This document shows, in pieces, positions 27,969 through 38,389 of a DNA stretch of 64,000 bases. The notes below the pieces were generated by a model, which ran no database searches, was not told where the DNA came from, and saw nothing but the letters and a program-made list of their open reading frames with translations. This DNA is from Bradyrhizobiaceae bacterium (GTDB taxonomy: Bacteria > Bacteroidota > Ignavibacteria > Kapaibacteriales > Kapaibacteriaceae). A program made the translations under genes and the position numbers. Location of the stretch: contig JAGFIZ010000062.1 of assembly GCA_024103135.1 (NCBI GenBank), forward strand, positions 24,321-88,320, given 5' to 3'. Every line of letters begins with the position of its first letter. Positions within the stretch are counted from its first letter, which is position 1.

Positions 27969-28628
27969 ATGAAAACACTTTCCTTTCTTTTTGCTGCAGT
28001 CTGGACTTTTCTACTGTTTCCTGTCGCAGGAGCTGGTGCGGTTGTAATCCCTGCCGACTCGACAACTGATGCTGACCAGGTTCAGACGCTTATCCCTGGC
28101 GGCAAGATCGAGAGCGGTGGCTTTGGTGCCTTGGTTTTAAAGGTGGGCGAAATGAACAACAAGGTTGCACTAGGAATCGGTGGACGTGGTGGTTGGGTTA
28201 TTAACCGAACCTTTGTCCTCGGTGGCGGTGGATATGCATTTACCGATGCTACCGTGTTCAGACAGGCCGATGTTGATACGAGTCTGGCCTTTTCGTATGG
28301 CGGCCTGGAAATGGAGTACCTGCTTCGATCAAACGAACTGGTTCACTTTACGTTTATGTCGCTCTTCGGTGCCGGAGCGTTCAATGTCTTTAGAATGATG
28401 CCGCATGACGATGACTTCCGAGGGACGAGTCTTTACACCGCTGCATGTTTTGTGCTCGAACCTGCCGTGAACATCGAGGTAAACATTCTTAGCTGGCTAC
28501 GACTTTCAGCAGGCGTCGGCTACCGATTTGTCACGGGAATCGACGCAACGATCGGCAACGAACACTATACCAATTCGACTGTTTCGGGCTTCTATGGCTC
28601 GGGTACGATAAAGTTTGGGCCGTACTAG
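27969..28628 (+). CDS. Gly-rich hypothetical outer-membrane/secreted protein
   Basis: Signal peptide MKTLSFLFAAVWTFLLFPVAGAGA. Gly-rich beta-strand pattern. The C-terminal ...GTIKFGPY ends in an aromatic residue. Confidence 0.5.
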   Translation: MKTLSFLFAAVWTFLLFPVAGAGAVVIPADSTTDADQVQTLIPGGKIESGGFGALVLKVGEMNNKVALGIGGRGGWVINRTFVLGGGGYAFTDATVFRQADVDTSLAFSYGGLEMEYLLRSNELVHFTFMSLFGAGAFNVFRMMPHDDDFRGTSLYTAACFVLEPAVNIEVNILSWLRLSAGVGYRFVTGIDATIGNEHYTNSTVSGFYGSGTIKFGPY

Positions 28629-28662
28629 ACGGCCCATTTTTATTTCAATAGTTTTCGTTACG

Positions 28663-28683
28663 ATCTACGCAAATCGTGTAGAT
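28663..28683. terminator. Candidate bidirectional hairpin between convergent genes
   Basis: ATCTACGC-AAATC-GTGTAGAT forms an 8-bp stem (one G-U pair) in the 74-bp gap between the plus-strand ORF ending at 28628 and pepF ending at 28703. There is no strong U-tract. Confidence 0.3.
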
Positions 28684-28702
28684 GCAATAGCTCACATACT
28701 GG

Positions 28703-30487
28703 TTATGCCTTGGCCAATGCCTCGGCTTCGGTAATCAAGCGTTCGATTACGTTCAGACCAACATTCCAGAATGCAGGATCTTCTACGTTGATCCCAAATG
28801 GTGCAAGTAGGTCTGTGGGCTTCTTCGAACCACCTGCCGACAACAACTCCAGGTACTTGTCGGGAAATGTATCTGTAGCCGTTTTGTAAATCTCGTGCAG
28901 AGCCAACACCAGAAGCTCACCATAGGCGTAGGCGTAGACGTAGCCAGGAGTATGCATGAAGTGCGAGATGTAACTCCACCAATTCTTGTACCCTGGTGTA
29001 AAGGCAACGGAATCGCCATACTGCTTGGTCTGGGTGTCGAGCCAGAGTTGGCATATCCGATCAACGGATAGTTCACCCTCTGTTCTTCGAGTTACGTGCA
29101 GGGCATCCTCGAATCTGTTGAGGGCAATCTGTCTGAACACTGTACTCGTTATGTCGTCGATCTTCGCTACAAGCAATTCCAGGCGTTGTCTGTCTGACGT
29201 CGCGGCCTTAAACAACGAGTTGAATGTGATGATCTCACCAAACACCGAGGCCGTTTCTGCAACGGTGAGTGGGGTATGCATCAACAGCGAGCCCTGCTGC
29301 CGGGAGAGATATTGGTGGATGCCATGACCAAGCTCATGCGCTAAAGTCTGGACGTCTCTGCTAGTTCCAGTATAGTTCATGAAAACAAATGGGTGCGCAG
29401 AGGCAACCGTACCAGCACTGTATGCTCCACCACTCTTGCCCTTGAGAACAGGAGCGTGGATCCAGTTATTGTCGAAGAACATTGCAGCAATCTCACCCAT
29501 CCTTGGGTGGAAGTCGGTGTAGGCAGACACAACGATCTCGCGAGCCTGCTCCCACGTCCACATCGTCCTATCCGTTCCTATCGGCGCATAACGGTCATAG
29601 TCGTAGAAATCACTGTACCCAAGCAGGTTCTTCTTAAGCGTATAGAAACGGTTTACGAGATCGAACCGGTCTGATACCGCTTTCACCAGCGCTTCTACGC
29701 TTTCGTCAGATGCGTCGTTGGAGTTGTTACGACTGCTAATCCACGTTTTGTATCCACGGAGTTTGTCGTTGCTGGCGTGATCTGCAACAACGGTGTTGTA
29801 GATAAAGGCACTCGTTTTTACGCCTTTTTCAAGTCCGTTGGACAAAGACTCGCCTGCCGCCTTGCGCGTTTCGCGATTGGGCTCATACAAAAGCTTGAGT
29901 ATCTCGGATTGTGTAAACTCCTTGCCACCTAGCTCGTACACCTGGGCGTTTGCAAGTTCATCGCTGAGTCGTACCCATGCTGTCCTTGAAGTCAGACTCT
30001 TCTCGGCTAGAACCATTTCTACTTCTTCTGACAGACGGTATGGTTTGTCCTCGAGTACTTGCTCAATCCAGAATTTGCGCGACTGAAGTTCTGGAGAACT
30101 CAAAAGTTCAGCAATCTTTTCTTCAGATAGATTGGTGAGCTCTAGAGTAAAGAACAGCAGGTGTTGGTTTGCTGCAACGGCTCTCTCATTTACGGTTTGA
30201 AGCAACTTGCCATTCTGCTGGTCTTCGGTATTTGTCGACCACACCAAACGAGCATACGACGACAGTCGTTGAAGCACCTCCACAAGCTGTTCGAATTCGG
30301 AAACTGCTGTAGCAACGCCTGCAGCTGACGCGTCTGCCAAAGCCCCTTTCCACCGTTTGTTAAAATCAATGCACCGCTCTTCGATTGATTGAAGATCCGA
30401 TGTAAAATTCTCATCGTTTGAGGATGAGTACAGATCGCTCAGGTCCCAAAGGATTTCTTCTGCACCTGTTGGTTGTTGATTGGTCAT
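28703..30487 (-). CDS. pepF: Oligoendopeptidase F (M3B family)
   Basis: HELGHGIH zinc-binding motif in an M3 context, ~594 aa, with overall M3B oligoendopeptidase architecture. Confidence 0.85.
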   Translation of the reverse strand: MTNQQPTGAEEILWDLSDLYSSSNDENFTSDLQSIEERCIDFNKRWKGALADASAAGVATAVSEFEQLVEVLQRLSSYARLVWSTNTEDQQNGKLLQTVNERAVAANQHLLFFTLELTNLSEEKIAELLSSPELQSRKFWIEQVLEDKPYRLSEEVEMVLAEKSLTSRTAWVRLSDELANAQVYELGGKEFTQSEILKLLYEPNRETRKAAGESLSNGLEKGVKTSAFIYNTVVADHASNDKLRGYKTWISSRNNSNDASDESVEALVKAVSDRFDLVNRFYTLKKNLLGYSDFYDYDRYAPIGTDRTMWTWEQAREIVVSAYTDFHPRMGEIAAMFFDNNWIHAPVLKGKSGGAYSAGTVASAHPFVFMNYTGTSRDVQTLAHELGHGIHQYLSRQQGSLLMHTPLTVAETASVFGEIITFNSLFKAATSDRQRLELLVAKIDDITSTVFRQIALNRFEDALHVTRRTEGELSVDRICQLWLDTQTKQYGDSVAFTPGYKNWWSYISHFMHTPGYVYAYAYGELLVLALHEIYKTATDTFPDKYLELLSAGGSKKPTDLLAPFGINVEDPAFWNVGLNVIERLITEAEALAKA

Positions 30488-30691
30488 AAGTAAATCGAAA
30501 ACCGTTGTTTGAAGTAATACTGGCTACCTGAACACTGCGGGATGAGGCATCACAAGACAACTTGCGACAGACGGCCCGACAGCTAGATAACCCATAGTTG
30601 TAGTTATGGCTTTGCACTGACGATTGTGTTTGCAAAACGTTTCACTACAGGGCAAAAAGCGTCTTGTCGGTTGGCTGATCGACCTTGATGA

Positions 30692-32059
30692 CTACGGAGA
30701 AATGCGGTAGATCATGCGCGGGAATGGGATGCACTCACGAATGTGTTCGGCCCCGGTAATCCACTTCACCGTGCGCTCCAGACCCAGTCCAAAACCACTA
30801 TGCGGTACGGAACCATACTTGCGCAGATCAAGGTACCATTGGAATTCTTCCTGGCTCAGGCCTTCATGAAGAATGCGCTCCAACAATGCATCGTGGTTGT
30901 CTTCGCGTTGTGAGCCACCAATGATCTCGCCTGCACCTTCTGGTGCAAGCATATCCATTGCCAACACCACACGTGGGTTCTCTGGGTCACGCTTCATGTA
31001 GAAGGCCTTGACTTCCGTAGGATAGCGGTGGATGATGCAGGGCTTGTTGAACTGCGTCATGATCGCTTCTTCTTGCGGAGCACCAAAGTCCTCGCCCCAT
31101 GGAAAGTCGATCTGGACTTCCGAGCCATCGGACTGTTTTCTGTTTAGGCGTACGTTGTTCTTGTTCAGCCATTCGACGGCTTCGGTGTACGACATGCGGT
31201 GGAAGGGCCTGCGAACGGCTTCCAGCTTTGAAAGATCACGCTCGAGTACACCAAGTTCTTGCTGACAGGTCTTGAGGGCATATTGGACAATGTACTCAAC
31301 AAGGTCCTCGGCAAGATCCATGTCGTCATTCAAATCAAAGTAGGCCATCTCTGGCTCTACCATCCAGAATTCGGTGAGGTGACGTCTGGTCTTGCTCTTC
31401 TCTGCTCTGAATGTTGGACCAAACGTGTACACCTTACCCAGTGCCATGGCGCTTGCCTCGGCATAGAGCTGTCCGCTCTGCGTGAGATAGGCCTTCCCAA
31501 GGTCGAAGTATTCCGTTTCGAACAGCGTCGATGTGCCTTCACATGCATTCGGTGTGAGCATGGGGCTATCCATGAGCTTGAACCCACTACCATCAAAGAA
31601 GTCTCGAATGGCCTTCACAACAGCAGCACGAACACGCATGATTGCATGCTGTCTGCTGGAACGTAGCCAGAGGTGTCGCTTCTCGATCAGAAACTCAACG
31701 CCATGTTCCTTGGGCGTTATCGGGTAGTCTGTTGACAGTTGATAAATCTTCACGTCGGCAACGTCTACCTCGACTCCACCGGGTGCACGCTGTTCTGCGC
31801 GAACGGTGCCCGTTATGGCTATGGAGCTTTCTTGCGTGAGCGACTTTGCGTCATTAACTACACGTTCTTCGACATTGGGTGCAAATACAACACATTGCAC
31901 CATGCCGCTCCCATCACGGAGCCGAATAAAGGTGAGCTTTCCCTTGCCGGTTTTGTCCTGAACCCAGCCATGTAGTGTAACGGTCTGACCTACAAGTGCG
32001 GGCAGCTGTTCGACTGTAACGAACGATTTATATCGCGATTCCATGTGCAAAGATACCAA
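30692..32059 (-). CDS. asnS: Asparagine--tRNA ligase
   Basis: N-terminal OB-fold anticodon-binding domain. Class II motifs with FRAEKSKTRRHLTEFWMVEPE closely match the AsnRS signature (versus the LPQSPQ of AspRS). Length ~455 aa. C-terminal GFGLGLERTV. Confidence 0.85.
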   Translation of the reverse strand: MVSLHMESRYKSFVTVEQLPALVGQTVTLHGWVQDKTGKGKLTFIRLRDGSGMVQCVVFAPNVEERVVNDAKSLTQESSIAITGTVRAEQRAPGGVEVDVADVKIYQLSTDYPITPKEHGVEFLIEKRHLWLRSSRQHAIMRVRAAVVKAIRDFFDGSGFKLMDSPMLTPNACEGTSTLFETEYFDLGKAYLTQSGQLYAEASAMALGKVYTFGPTFRAEKSKTRRHLTEFWMVEPEMAYFDLNDDMDLAEDLVEYIVQYALKTCQQELGVLERDLSKLEAVRRPFHRMSYTEAVEWLNKNNVRLNRKQSDGSEVQIDFPWGEDFGAPQEEAIMTQFNKPCIIHRYPTEVKAFYMKRDPENPRVVLAMDMLAPEGAGEIIGGSQREDNHDALLERILHEGLSQEEFQWYLDLRKYGSVPHSGFGLGLERTVKWITGAEHIRECIPFPRMIYRISP

Positions 32060-32102
32060 GCTGGAAGGGGGCTAGGGAATCGCCAGGCCAAGACGCCAAC
32101 CG

Positions 32103-32804
32103 TTAGTCGAACCGATAGGCCATACACAAATGCAGGTAGATGTTACGTACGGTGTCGTTGATTGTCTCGAATTCTGCGTCAAAAATGGACGTAAGTCCGA
32201 GTGTGGTGCGCAGGTCAATACCCATGTTCTGCGTTAGAAGGTAGGTACCTCCGAGCTGCACGCCGTAATCCACGCCGTTGAGCTTTTCCTTGAAGTACAT
32301 GTCCTTCTCGACGACTTCCGGACGGATCCCTACGCGACCTACGCCGGTAGCATGACTCTGATTGGCAAACAGCCACCCAGTGTAGAAGCCCCCTGCCAAT
32401 ATCACCTTTTCTGACAAACGGTAGGCAGCAAGAACAGGTAACTGCAAATAGTCGTTTGAAAATGATCCAGTTGCAGTGCCGGTAAACGTTGTACGTACAT
32501 CGTACATCACCGTGCTACCGTCGGCCGAACGTACGGGGACAAGATCAATGTAGGGTTGATTGTCAAGTGGTGTAGAGAACGATGAACCATAGTGCACATA
32601 CTGCAGTTCCGACACCACACTCAAGGCACCACCAAGGTCCCAGTTTACAGTGCCCCCTGCAACCAAACCAACGAGTGCAGAGCCCGTTGCGCCAGCTGGG
32701 ATGTTGCCAAGTGGTACGGGTGAGCCAATGCTCATTCCAAGCCGGAAGCCATACTGCGGTGTTGCAGCCGTAACACACAATGGCATGCATAACATCAAGG
32801 CCAT
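32103..32804 (-). CDS. Putative outer membrane beta-barrel protein (small porin-like)
   Basis: The internal start MALMLCMPLCVTAA gives a signal peptide. Alternating beta-strand pattern, ~234 aa. Family uncertain. Confidence 0.45.
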   Translation of the reverse strand: MALMLCMPLCVTAATPQYGFRLGMSIGSPVPLGNIPAGATGSALVGLVAGGTVNWDLGGALSVVSELQYVHYGSSFSTPLDNQPYIDLVPVRSADGSTVMYDVRTTFTGTATGSFSNDYLQLPVLAAYRLSEKVILAGGFYTGWLFANQSHATGVGRVGIRPEVVEKDMYFKEKLNGVDYGVQLGGTYLLTQNMGIDLRTTLGLTSIFDAEFETINDTVRNIYLHLCMAYRFD

Positions 32805-32839
32805 TGCCCATAATCCCCATTGGTGTGCTCTATGGTGCG

Positions 32840-33730
32840 CTAGTAAACGCAAAATGTCCTTCTGATAACTCCATGCTTTGTGTCTGCAACCAGACAATAC
32901 ACTCCAGGCTGGAGGTGCGAAGCGTCTGCAAACATCGTGTTATTCCACGTGGCTTGAAGCGTACCATCCATCGCATAGATTCCTAGCCATTGCATAGGTG
33001 TGGTGGACTGGATTACCGACCTAACGATGGATAGACGGTCGGCAGCATCGACTTCGCTATCATCTACGGAAACTGGTCCGTAAACCAACGACACATCATC
33101 TACATACAGCGTGCTTCCAACCGACCCCTTGAAGAATTCACCGCCTGCACTTGATGCGAATACCAAGGCAATCGTGTCGGCTTCTTTGTCGCTGGTATAG
33201 GTAAACGGAATCTCAAAGCCATACCACGTTGATCGTGCCTCTTTCTCAAGTATTCGTGCTTCTGCGATGGGTACTCGTTGCTGTCCGTCCCAATACGACA
33301 GCACAGCATACAACGTCGCACTGTCTGCGTCAACTGGCGCGTACTTGTACCAGCCTTTGAAGGCAACGGGCCTTCCCGAAAATGGTATGCCGCGTTGGGC
33401 ACTCTTGACAGGGTCGGCAAGATTCAAGGCAAACTTCCCAGTGTACAGACTGCCGGAAGCGATCTGTCCGAAGATCTTGCGAGTCGTTAGCTTGGCAGAG
33501 TACGCCCCCGAAGCCGCATCAGTCGATTTTTCACAAACAGGATCCGATCCTGCTGCAATGTGGATGGCACCATTGCCAGAAGCCCAACCATGACTGGGTT
33601 CTTCGTAATCCTTGTACTGACCGCTTCCCTTGGTTAACGTCCAATCTTCGAAATCGGTATTTGCAACCTGCTGACCGTACATCAGCATTGTTGCGCTGGC
33701 GAATGCTACGAGTAATCCAACAATGCGCAT
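32840..33730 (-). CDS. Secreted protein with PCMD-like N-terminus (NTDFEDW) and T9SS-like C-terminal domain
   Basis: Signal peptide MRIVGLLVAFASATMLMYGQQ. N-terminal ANTDFEDW resembles the putative carbohydrate metabolism domain start. The C-terminal ~70 aa has a Por_Secre_tail-like pattern (GIYAMDGTLQ...LQPGVYCLV). Confidence 0.5.
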   Translation of the reverse strand: MRIVGLLVAFASATMLMYGQQVANTDFEDWTLTKGSGQYKDYEEPSHGWASGNGAIHIAAGSDPVCEKSTDAASGAYSAKLTTRKIFGQIASGSLYTGKFALNLADPVKSAQRGIPFSGRPVAFKGWYKYAPVDADSATLYAVLSYWDGQQRVPIAEARILEKEARSTWYGFEIPFTYTSDKEADTIALVFASSAGGEFFKGSVGSTLYVDDVSLVYGPVSVDDSEVDAADRLSIVRSVIQSTTPMQWLGIYAMDGTLQATWNNTMFADASHLQPGVYCLVADTKHGVIRRTFCVY

Positions 33731-33765
33731 GAACTCTCCTGTGTTACGGTACAAAATCGCGATTT

Positions 33766-34125
33766 TTGTACATGAGTCAACCTCTTAAACTCAAACGCAG
33801 AAATGCCGCTGTTCTCTGCTCAATATGGCCAGATGGTTTTGAGTCATGCATTTTGTTCAGCGACCTTCGCGATGCCTGCCCTTGCGCACATTGCATTGGC
33901 GAAGAAGTCATGGGACAGAAGGTCTATATCGGACGCAAGGTGTTTGCTCCTGGCATGAATGAGCTTGTTGATCTAAAGCCCGTGGGCAACTATGCCATAC
34001 AGGCACTATGGAAGGACGGTCATGACAGCGGTATCTACACCTTTGATTTGCTTCGACAAGTGTTTGTGAACAAGAAGCTCAGCGCCGAGACTCTTGCAAC
34101 TATTGACGACGAGATTCACCGCTAA
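33766..34125 (+). CDS. DUF971 family protein (gamma-butyrobetaine hydroxylase-like N-terminal domain)
   Basis: ~119 aa. The CPCAHC motif and overall pattern are typical of DUF971. Confidence 0.55.
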   Translation: MYMSQPLKLKRRNAAVLCSIWPDGFESCILFSDLRDACPCAHCIGEEVMGQKVYIGRKVFAPGMNELVDLKPVGNYAIQALWKDGHDSGIYTFDLLRQVFVNKKLSAETLATIDDEIHR

Positions 34126-34240
34126 CAACCCGCGTCGACACACTCAACAGAGCACCGTAGTTCCTGACGCTACCGTGGGTGAGCAGTGTAATCCATGCAC
34201 ACCAAGAAAATCGCCAGTGTTTCTGCCCCAGTTGTCCACG

Positions 34241-35041
34241 CTACCGATTGTTGGAAAAGGCACGTAGCCAGTCAGGCACTCCTGATGCACGTCCGCGTGG
34301 TTCTGGCTTTGGCAGTTCTGCATACATGCGTGGCCACTTTAGTCGCTTCCACAAGAATGCCTCGTAGAGTTCGCGCTGACGTTGCAGCCACGCCTGCGGT
34401 ACGCATTCCATAGCCCCCTTCAGCACATCACGCGTAATCTTGGAGGCAAACAACTCATCCCATGTTTGCCACTCGGGAAGTTCACCAACTGACCGGAAAA
34501 GGTGTTCATCGAGGAATGGACCCGCTTGAATAGGCATCGACTCGGTCACTGGGATGGCAGAGTACTGAAACGCCAAGGCAGCACCGAAGTCGATCAACAA
34601 CAACTGCTCTCCTAACCACATCATGTTGGGATTCTTAGCCGTGCGGTCGATGTTCTGCGTAAGACCGTCCAACCAGAGTATCGCTGCTTGAATCTCTGGT
34701 GGCACGCGAAGCACATCCGAGGCAACAAAATCAACGGCACCATCAAGAAGTGCCGTACCAAGATTCAGTCCGACACTAGCATTGAGCAGATCGGCAAGTT
34801 CATCGTTTGCATCGTCAGTCGGCGTGTGCGGATGGAAGTCGAGGAGGATGCATTCAGGAGTATGCAGACCCAACGCTCCGGCCAAGTTCGCACAGACAAG
34901 CTCGGCCACCAGTGCTCCCGGACCCTGTGCTGCCCCATGCGACTTCATGAGCCAGAGCCGTGAGTCCGCCTCTACAATCAACGGCCACGAGCTCCCCCGC
35001 TTGTCGGCTCGCAATACCTTGTCAACGCGCAACGTGTTCAT
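34241..35041 (-). CDS. HipA-like C-terminal domain Ser/Thr kinase family protein (stand-alone, short)
   Basis: LDGLTQNIDRTAKNPN resembles the HipA catalytic loop (GNTDRHLKNFS). LIDFGAA is a DFG/DHG-like motif. ~266 aa. No HipB-like HTH gene is adjacent. The start ATG at 35041 was checked on the sequence. Confidence 0.45.
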   Translation of the reverse strand: MNTLRVDKVLRADKRGSSWPLIVEADSRLWLMKSHGAAQGPGALVAELVCANLAGALGLHTPECILLDFHPHTPTDDANDELADLLNASVGLNLGTALLDGAVDFVASDVLRVPPEIQAAILWLDGLTQNIDRTAKNPNMMWLGEQLLLIDFGAALAFQYSAIPVTESMPIQAGPFLDEHLFRSVGELPEWQTWDELFASKITRDVLKGAMECVPQAWLQRQRELYEAFLWKRLKWPRMYAELPKPEPRGRASGVPDWLRAFSNNR

Positions 35042-35061
35042 AATTGACCGTAAATTTCGGC

Positions 35062-36729
35062 ATGCAAGCCTCAAACCCAAGAATCGTACGTGCTCCACGC
35101 GGCACCACTCTAACGTGTGCAAACTGGCAAATCGAAGCTGCCTACCGGATGATCCAGAATAATCTGGATCCAGAGAATGCAGAGCATCCGGAACAACTTA
35201 TCGTGTATGGCGGACTCGGCAAGGCAGCACGAAACTGGGAGTCGTTCGATGCCATACTTCGTTGCTTGCGGACAATGCAGCCCGACGAGACGCTCCTTGT
35301 GCAGAGTGGCAAGCCTGTTGGTGTAGTGCAAACCCATACCATGGCTCCACGAGTAGTGATTGCCAATAGTAACCTCGTGCCTAAGTGGGCAACGTGGGAT
35401 GAGTTTCGTCGACTTGATGCTCTCGGACTCATGATGTACGGACAAATGACGGCTGGCTCGTGGATTTACATCGGCACACAGGGGATCGTCCAAGGTACCT
35501 ACGAGACGTTTGCGGAATGTGCCAAGCAGCATTTCGGCGGAACGTTGAATGGTCGGTTCCTTCTCACTGCCGGCATGGGTGGTATGGGTGGTGCCCAGCC
35601 CTTGGCAGCAACCATTGCTGGTGCTGCGGCGCTTTGCATCGAAATTGATGAATCACGCATCGACAAGCGTATCCATGACGGTTACTGCGACGTGAAGCTC
35701 ACGGATCTTGACCAGGCCTTGAGTGTGATCAACGAGCATGTTGCCAACAGAACACCAATCTCCATCGGTCTAGTTGGTAATGCTGCAGAGATCCTACCTC
35801 AACTCGTTCAGCGTGGCATTACGCCAGACGTTGTCACCGATCAAACTTCTGCACACGACCCGCTCAACGGGTATTATCCTGCCGGGCTTAGTAAGGCCGA
35901 AGCAGATGCGTTGCGCACTAGCAATCCCGACGAATACTTGCGGCGTAGCTATGCCAGTATTGGCGAACACGTAAAAGCCATGCTTGCCTTCCAGCAGCAG
36001 GGTTCCATTACGTTTGATTACGGCAATAACATTCGTGGAATTGCCAGAGACTTTGCCGGCGTTGCCAATGCCTTCGACTTCCCTGGCTTCGTACCTGCAT
36101 TTGTCCGCCAACTATTCTGTGACGGCAAGGGACCCTTCAGGTGGGTGGCCTTGTCCGGCGACCCTGAGGACATCCGCGTGACCGACGAGGCCTTGATGAA
36201 TCTTTTCCCCGACAACGAGCCACTGCACCGGTGGATTCACGAGGCACAAAGCCATATCGGCTATCAAGGTCTGCCAGCTAGAATCTGCTGGCTTGGTTAT
36301 GGCGACCGTGCCAAGGCAGGCAAGCTGTTTAATGATTTGGTCGCATCCGGTAAGGTCCAGGCACCCATCGTTATCGGCCGCGACCACCTTGATTGCGGTA
36401 GCGTGGCGAGCCCCCATCGCGAAACCGAAGCCATGAAGGATGGCTCCGATGCTATTGCTGACTGGGTTTATCTTAACTTTGCACTCAATACAATAGGCGG
36501 TGCTACGTGGGTGTCTCTTCACCACGGAGGCGGAGTCGGTATGGGCCTGTCCCTCCACGCTGGCATGGTGGTGGTCGCAGATGGTACTCACGAAGCTGAA
36601 ACTAAATTGGCACGCGTATTGTCTTACGATCCACTAATGGGTATTCTCCGGCATGCAGATGCCGGGTACGAACAAGCTCTCAACAACTCGAGGAAATTTG
36701 GCATAGAAATACCGCTACCTTCTGTATAA
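35062..36729 (+). CDS. hutU: Urocanate hydratase
   Basis: Full-length urocanase with [11 protein letters not shown]-binding motif and conserved core (~555 aa). ATG 35062 is preferred over the TTG at 35044 that the ORF track used. Confidence 0.9.
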   Translation: MQASNPRIVRAPRGTTLTCANWQIEAAYRMIQNNLDPENAEHPEQLIVYGGLGKAARNWESFDAILRCLRTMQPDETLLVQSGKPVGVVQTHTMAPRVVIANSNLVPKWATWDEFRRLDALGLMMYGQMTAGSWIYIGTQGIVQGTYETFAECAKQHFGGTLNGRFLLTAGMGGMGGAQPLAATIAGAAALCIEIDESRIDKRIHDGYCDVKLTDLDQALSVINEHVANRTPISIGLVGNAAEILPQLVQRGITPDVVTDQTSAHDPLNGYYPAGLSKAEADALRTSNPDEYLRRSYASIGEHVKAMLAFQQQGSITFDYGNNIRGIARDFAGVANAFDFPGFVPAFVRQLFCDGKGPFRWVALSGDPEDIRVTDEALMNLFPDNEPLHRWIHEAQSHIGYQGLPARICWLGYGDRAKAGKLFNDLVASGKVQAPIVIGRDHLDCGSVASPHRETEAMKDGSDAIADWVYLNFALNTIGGATWVSLHHGGGVGMGLSLHAGMVVVADGTHEAETKLARVLSYDPLMGILRHADAGYEQALNNSRKFGIEIPLPSV

Positions 36730-36931
36730 CCCAATTTCTCACTAAACCGGACTAAATGGCATAACTGCTACGTCTTTTTGACATCCGAAGCTGACAAAAC
36801 GTCGGTCTTCACAATTAACAGTAGCAGGAGCTGCCATGAGAACACGCGAATTTCGTCGGAAGACGGGCTTGCAACTAGTTCCCGGTTGGAACGGATCTGG
36901 GATTCCTTCACACACAGATGGTGCAAATGCC

Positions 36932-37489
36932 ATGGATCTCGCCCTTCAAATCGAACAACTCTTCCGCACAGATCGGAAGAAGTATCTAGGGTTCATACGT
37001 CAACGTGTACGCAGTCAGGAAGAAGCCGAAGACATTCTTCAGGACGTCTTTGCCAATGTTCTAGCTGCTTCCAAGGACGTGAACAAGCCAATCGACAATC
37101 TTGCCTCATGGGTGTTTACATCCGTGCGGAACAGGATCATTGACTCTTACAGGAAGAAGAAAACGGACAGTTTTGCCGACCTTAGTTCTGCTGACAGCAA
37201 GGACGACGGGATGGAGCAGATTGACCGCTTCCTGGGGGACTTCTCCTATAACCCAGAGCACGACCTAGTACGGAAGACCATCTGGGAAGCCGTTCTAGAG
37301 GGTCTTGAAGAAGTGCCTGAAGAACAGAAGTGGGTTTTCGTTAAAAATGAATTTGAGGGAGTATCGTTTAGAGAGATGTCCGAGGAAACTGGTGTTAATA
37401 TCAACACCCTCCTCGCACGTAAACGGTACGCTGTCCTACACCTACGCACAAAGCTGCAGGAGCTGTACGACACGGTAAACGAAAACTAG
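36932..37489 (+). CDS. RNA polymerase sigma-70 factor, ECF subfamily
   Basis: Region 2 (ILQDVFANVL...) and region 4 HTH (VSFREMSEETGVNINTLLARKRYAVLHLR). ~185 aa from the internal ATG 36932. Confidence 0.8.
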   Translation: MDLALQIEQLFRTDRKKYLGFIRQRVRSQEEAEDILQDVFANVLAASKDVNKPIDNLASWVFTSVRNRIIDSYRKKKTDSFADLSSADSKDDGMEQIDRFLGDFSYNPEHDLVRKTIWEAVLEGLEEVPEEQKWVFVKNEFEGVSFREMSEETGVNINTLLARKRYAVLHLRTKLQELYDTVNEN

Positions 37490-37500
37490 CCCCTCATAAC

Positions 37501-37926
37501 ATGTCGGTTTTGACCACAAAAGCAGCCCGTTCGATTATCTACGCAGGATGTATCGGCGGGCTGCTTGTCGTTAATAGCGCAGTGGTCACAGCTGTATGGA
37601 ATGGCTTTGTAGCCGACGACCAGCAGGAACGTCGGCTTACCCTTTTGGAGGGGGCTGGCATTACGGCTTTCGCTTATGTAGTCCTTTCTGCCGTCCGCTA
37701 TGGACGAAGGCCCTCGGCGCCGATATTCGAGTCTATCCACATCACCGCCCACATTCGTCAGCAAGAGCAACAGCAACAGCAAGCTCAAAAGGACACGGTA
37801 CGCACTCTCTGCTCTCAGTTAACCGACGAACAGAAAGCAGCACTCAAACGAGAGCTGGCAGAACGTTGTGGATGTAAGGATCAGCATGCTCAAGTTCCTG
37901 CCGACAAGATTCACTCCGAGTTGTAA
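37501..37926 (+). CDS. Small membrane protein with poly-Gln tract, possible anti-sigma factor
   Basis: Lies 12 bp downstream of the ECF sigma gene. Two hydrophobic segments. A QQEQQQQQAQ tract. Cys pair near the C-terminus. No recognisable family. Confidence 0.4.
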   Translation: MSVLTTKAARSIIYAGCIGGLLVVNSAVVTAVWNGFVADDQQERRLTLLEGAGITAFAYVVLSAVRYGRRPSAPIFESIHITAHIRQQEQQQQQAQKDTVRTLCSQLTDEQKAALKRELAERCGCKDQHAQVPADKIHSEL

Positions 37927-37957
37927 GTTGTAGGGTTGACTTTCAGCCATTTTCAAC

Positions 37958-38368
37958 TTGGAGGGCTCTATGAGCATGATGAGTGAGTTTCGTGAGTTTG
38001 CATCGCGTGGGAGCGTTGTTGATTTGGCCATCGGCGTAGTCATTGGTGCCGCCTTTGGTGCAATCACAAAATCACTCGTTGATCACATCCTTATGCCACC
38101 GGTGGGATTGCTACTTGGTGGTGTGGATTTTTCACAGATCGTTACCACACTAAAAGCTGCAGGGCCAGACGGAAAGGGCGCAGTAGTTATCTCGTGGGGT
38201 CTGTTCTTCCAGGCCATTCTAAACTTCCTGATCATTGCCTGGGTAATGTTCCTGATCGTGAAGGGCATGAATGCCATGAAGCGCAAACAGGAAGCAGCCC
38301 CAGAGCCTGCAGGCCCATCGGAAGAAGTGAAGCTTCTCACGGAAATCAGAGATTCATTGCGCAAGTAA
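37958..38368 (+). CDS. mscL: Large-conductance mechanosensitive channel
   Basis: FREFASRGSVVDLAIGVVIGAAFG...LLGG...F are MscL hallmarks. Length ~135 aa. Confidence 0.85.
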   Translation: MEGSMSMMSEFREFASRGSVVDLAIGVVIGAAFGAITKSLVDHILMPPVGLLLGGVDFSQIVTTLKAAGPDGKGAVVISWGLFFQAILNFLIIAWVMFLIVKGMNAMKRKQEAAPEPAGPSEEVKLLTEIRDSLRK

Positions 38369-38389
38369 CATCCCTGACGCTTATACGGC

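Noticed and set aside
31259-31666. Plus-strand 135-aa ORF
   Set aside because: It is antisense to asnS, which has unambiguous class II aaRS motifs.
35110-36591. Minus-strand ORFs 35110-35532 and 36112-36591
   Set aside because: They are antisense to hutU.
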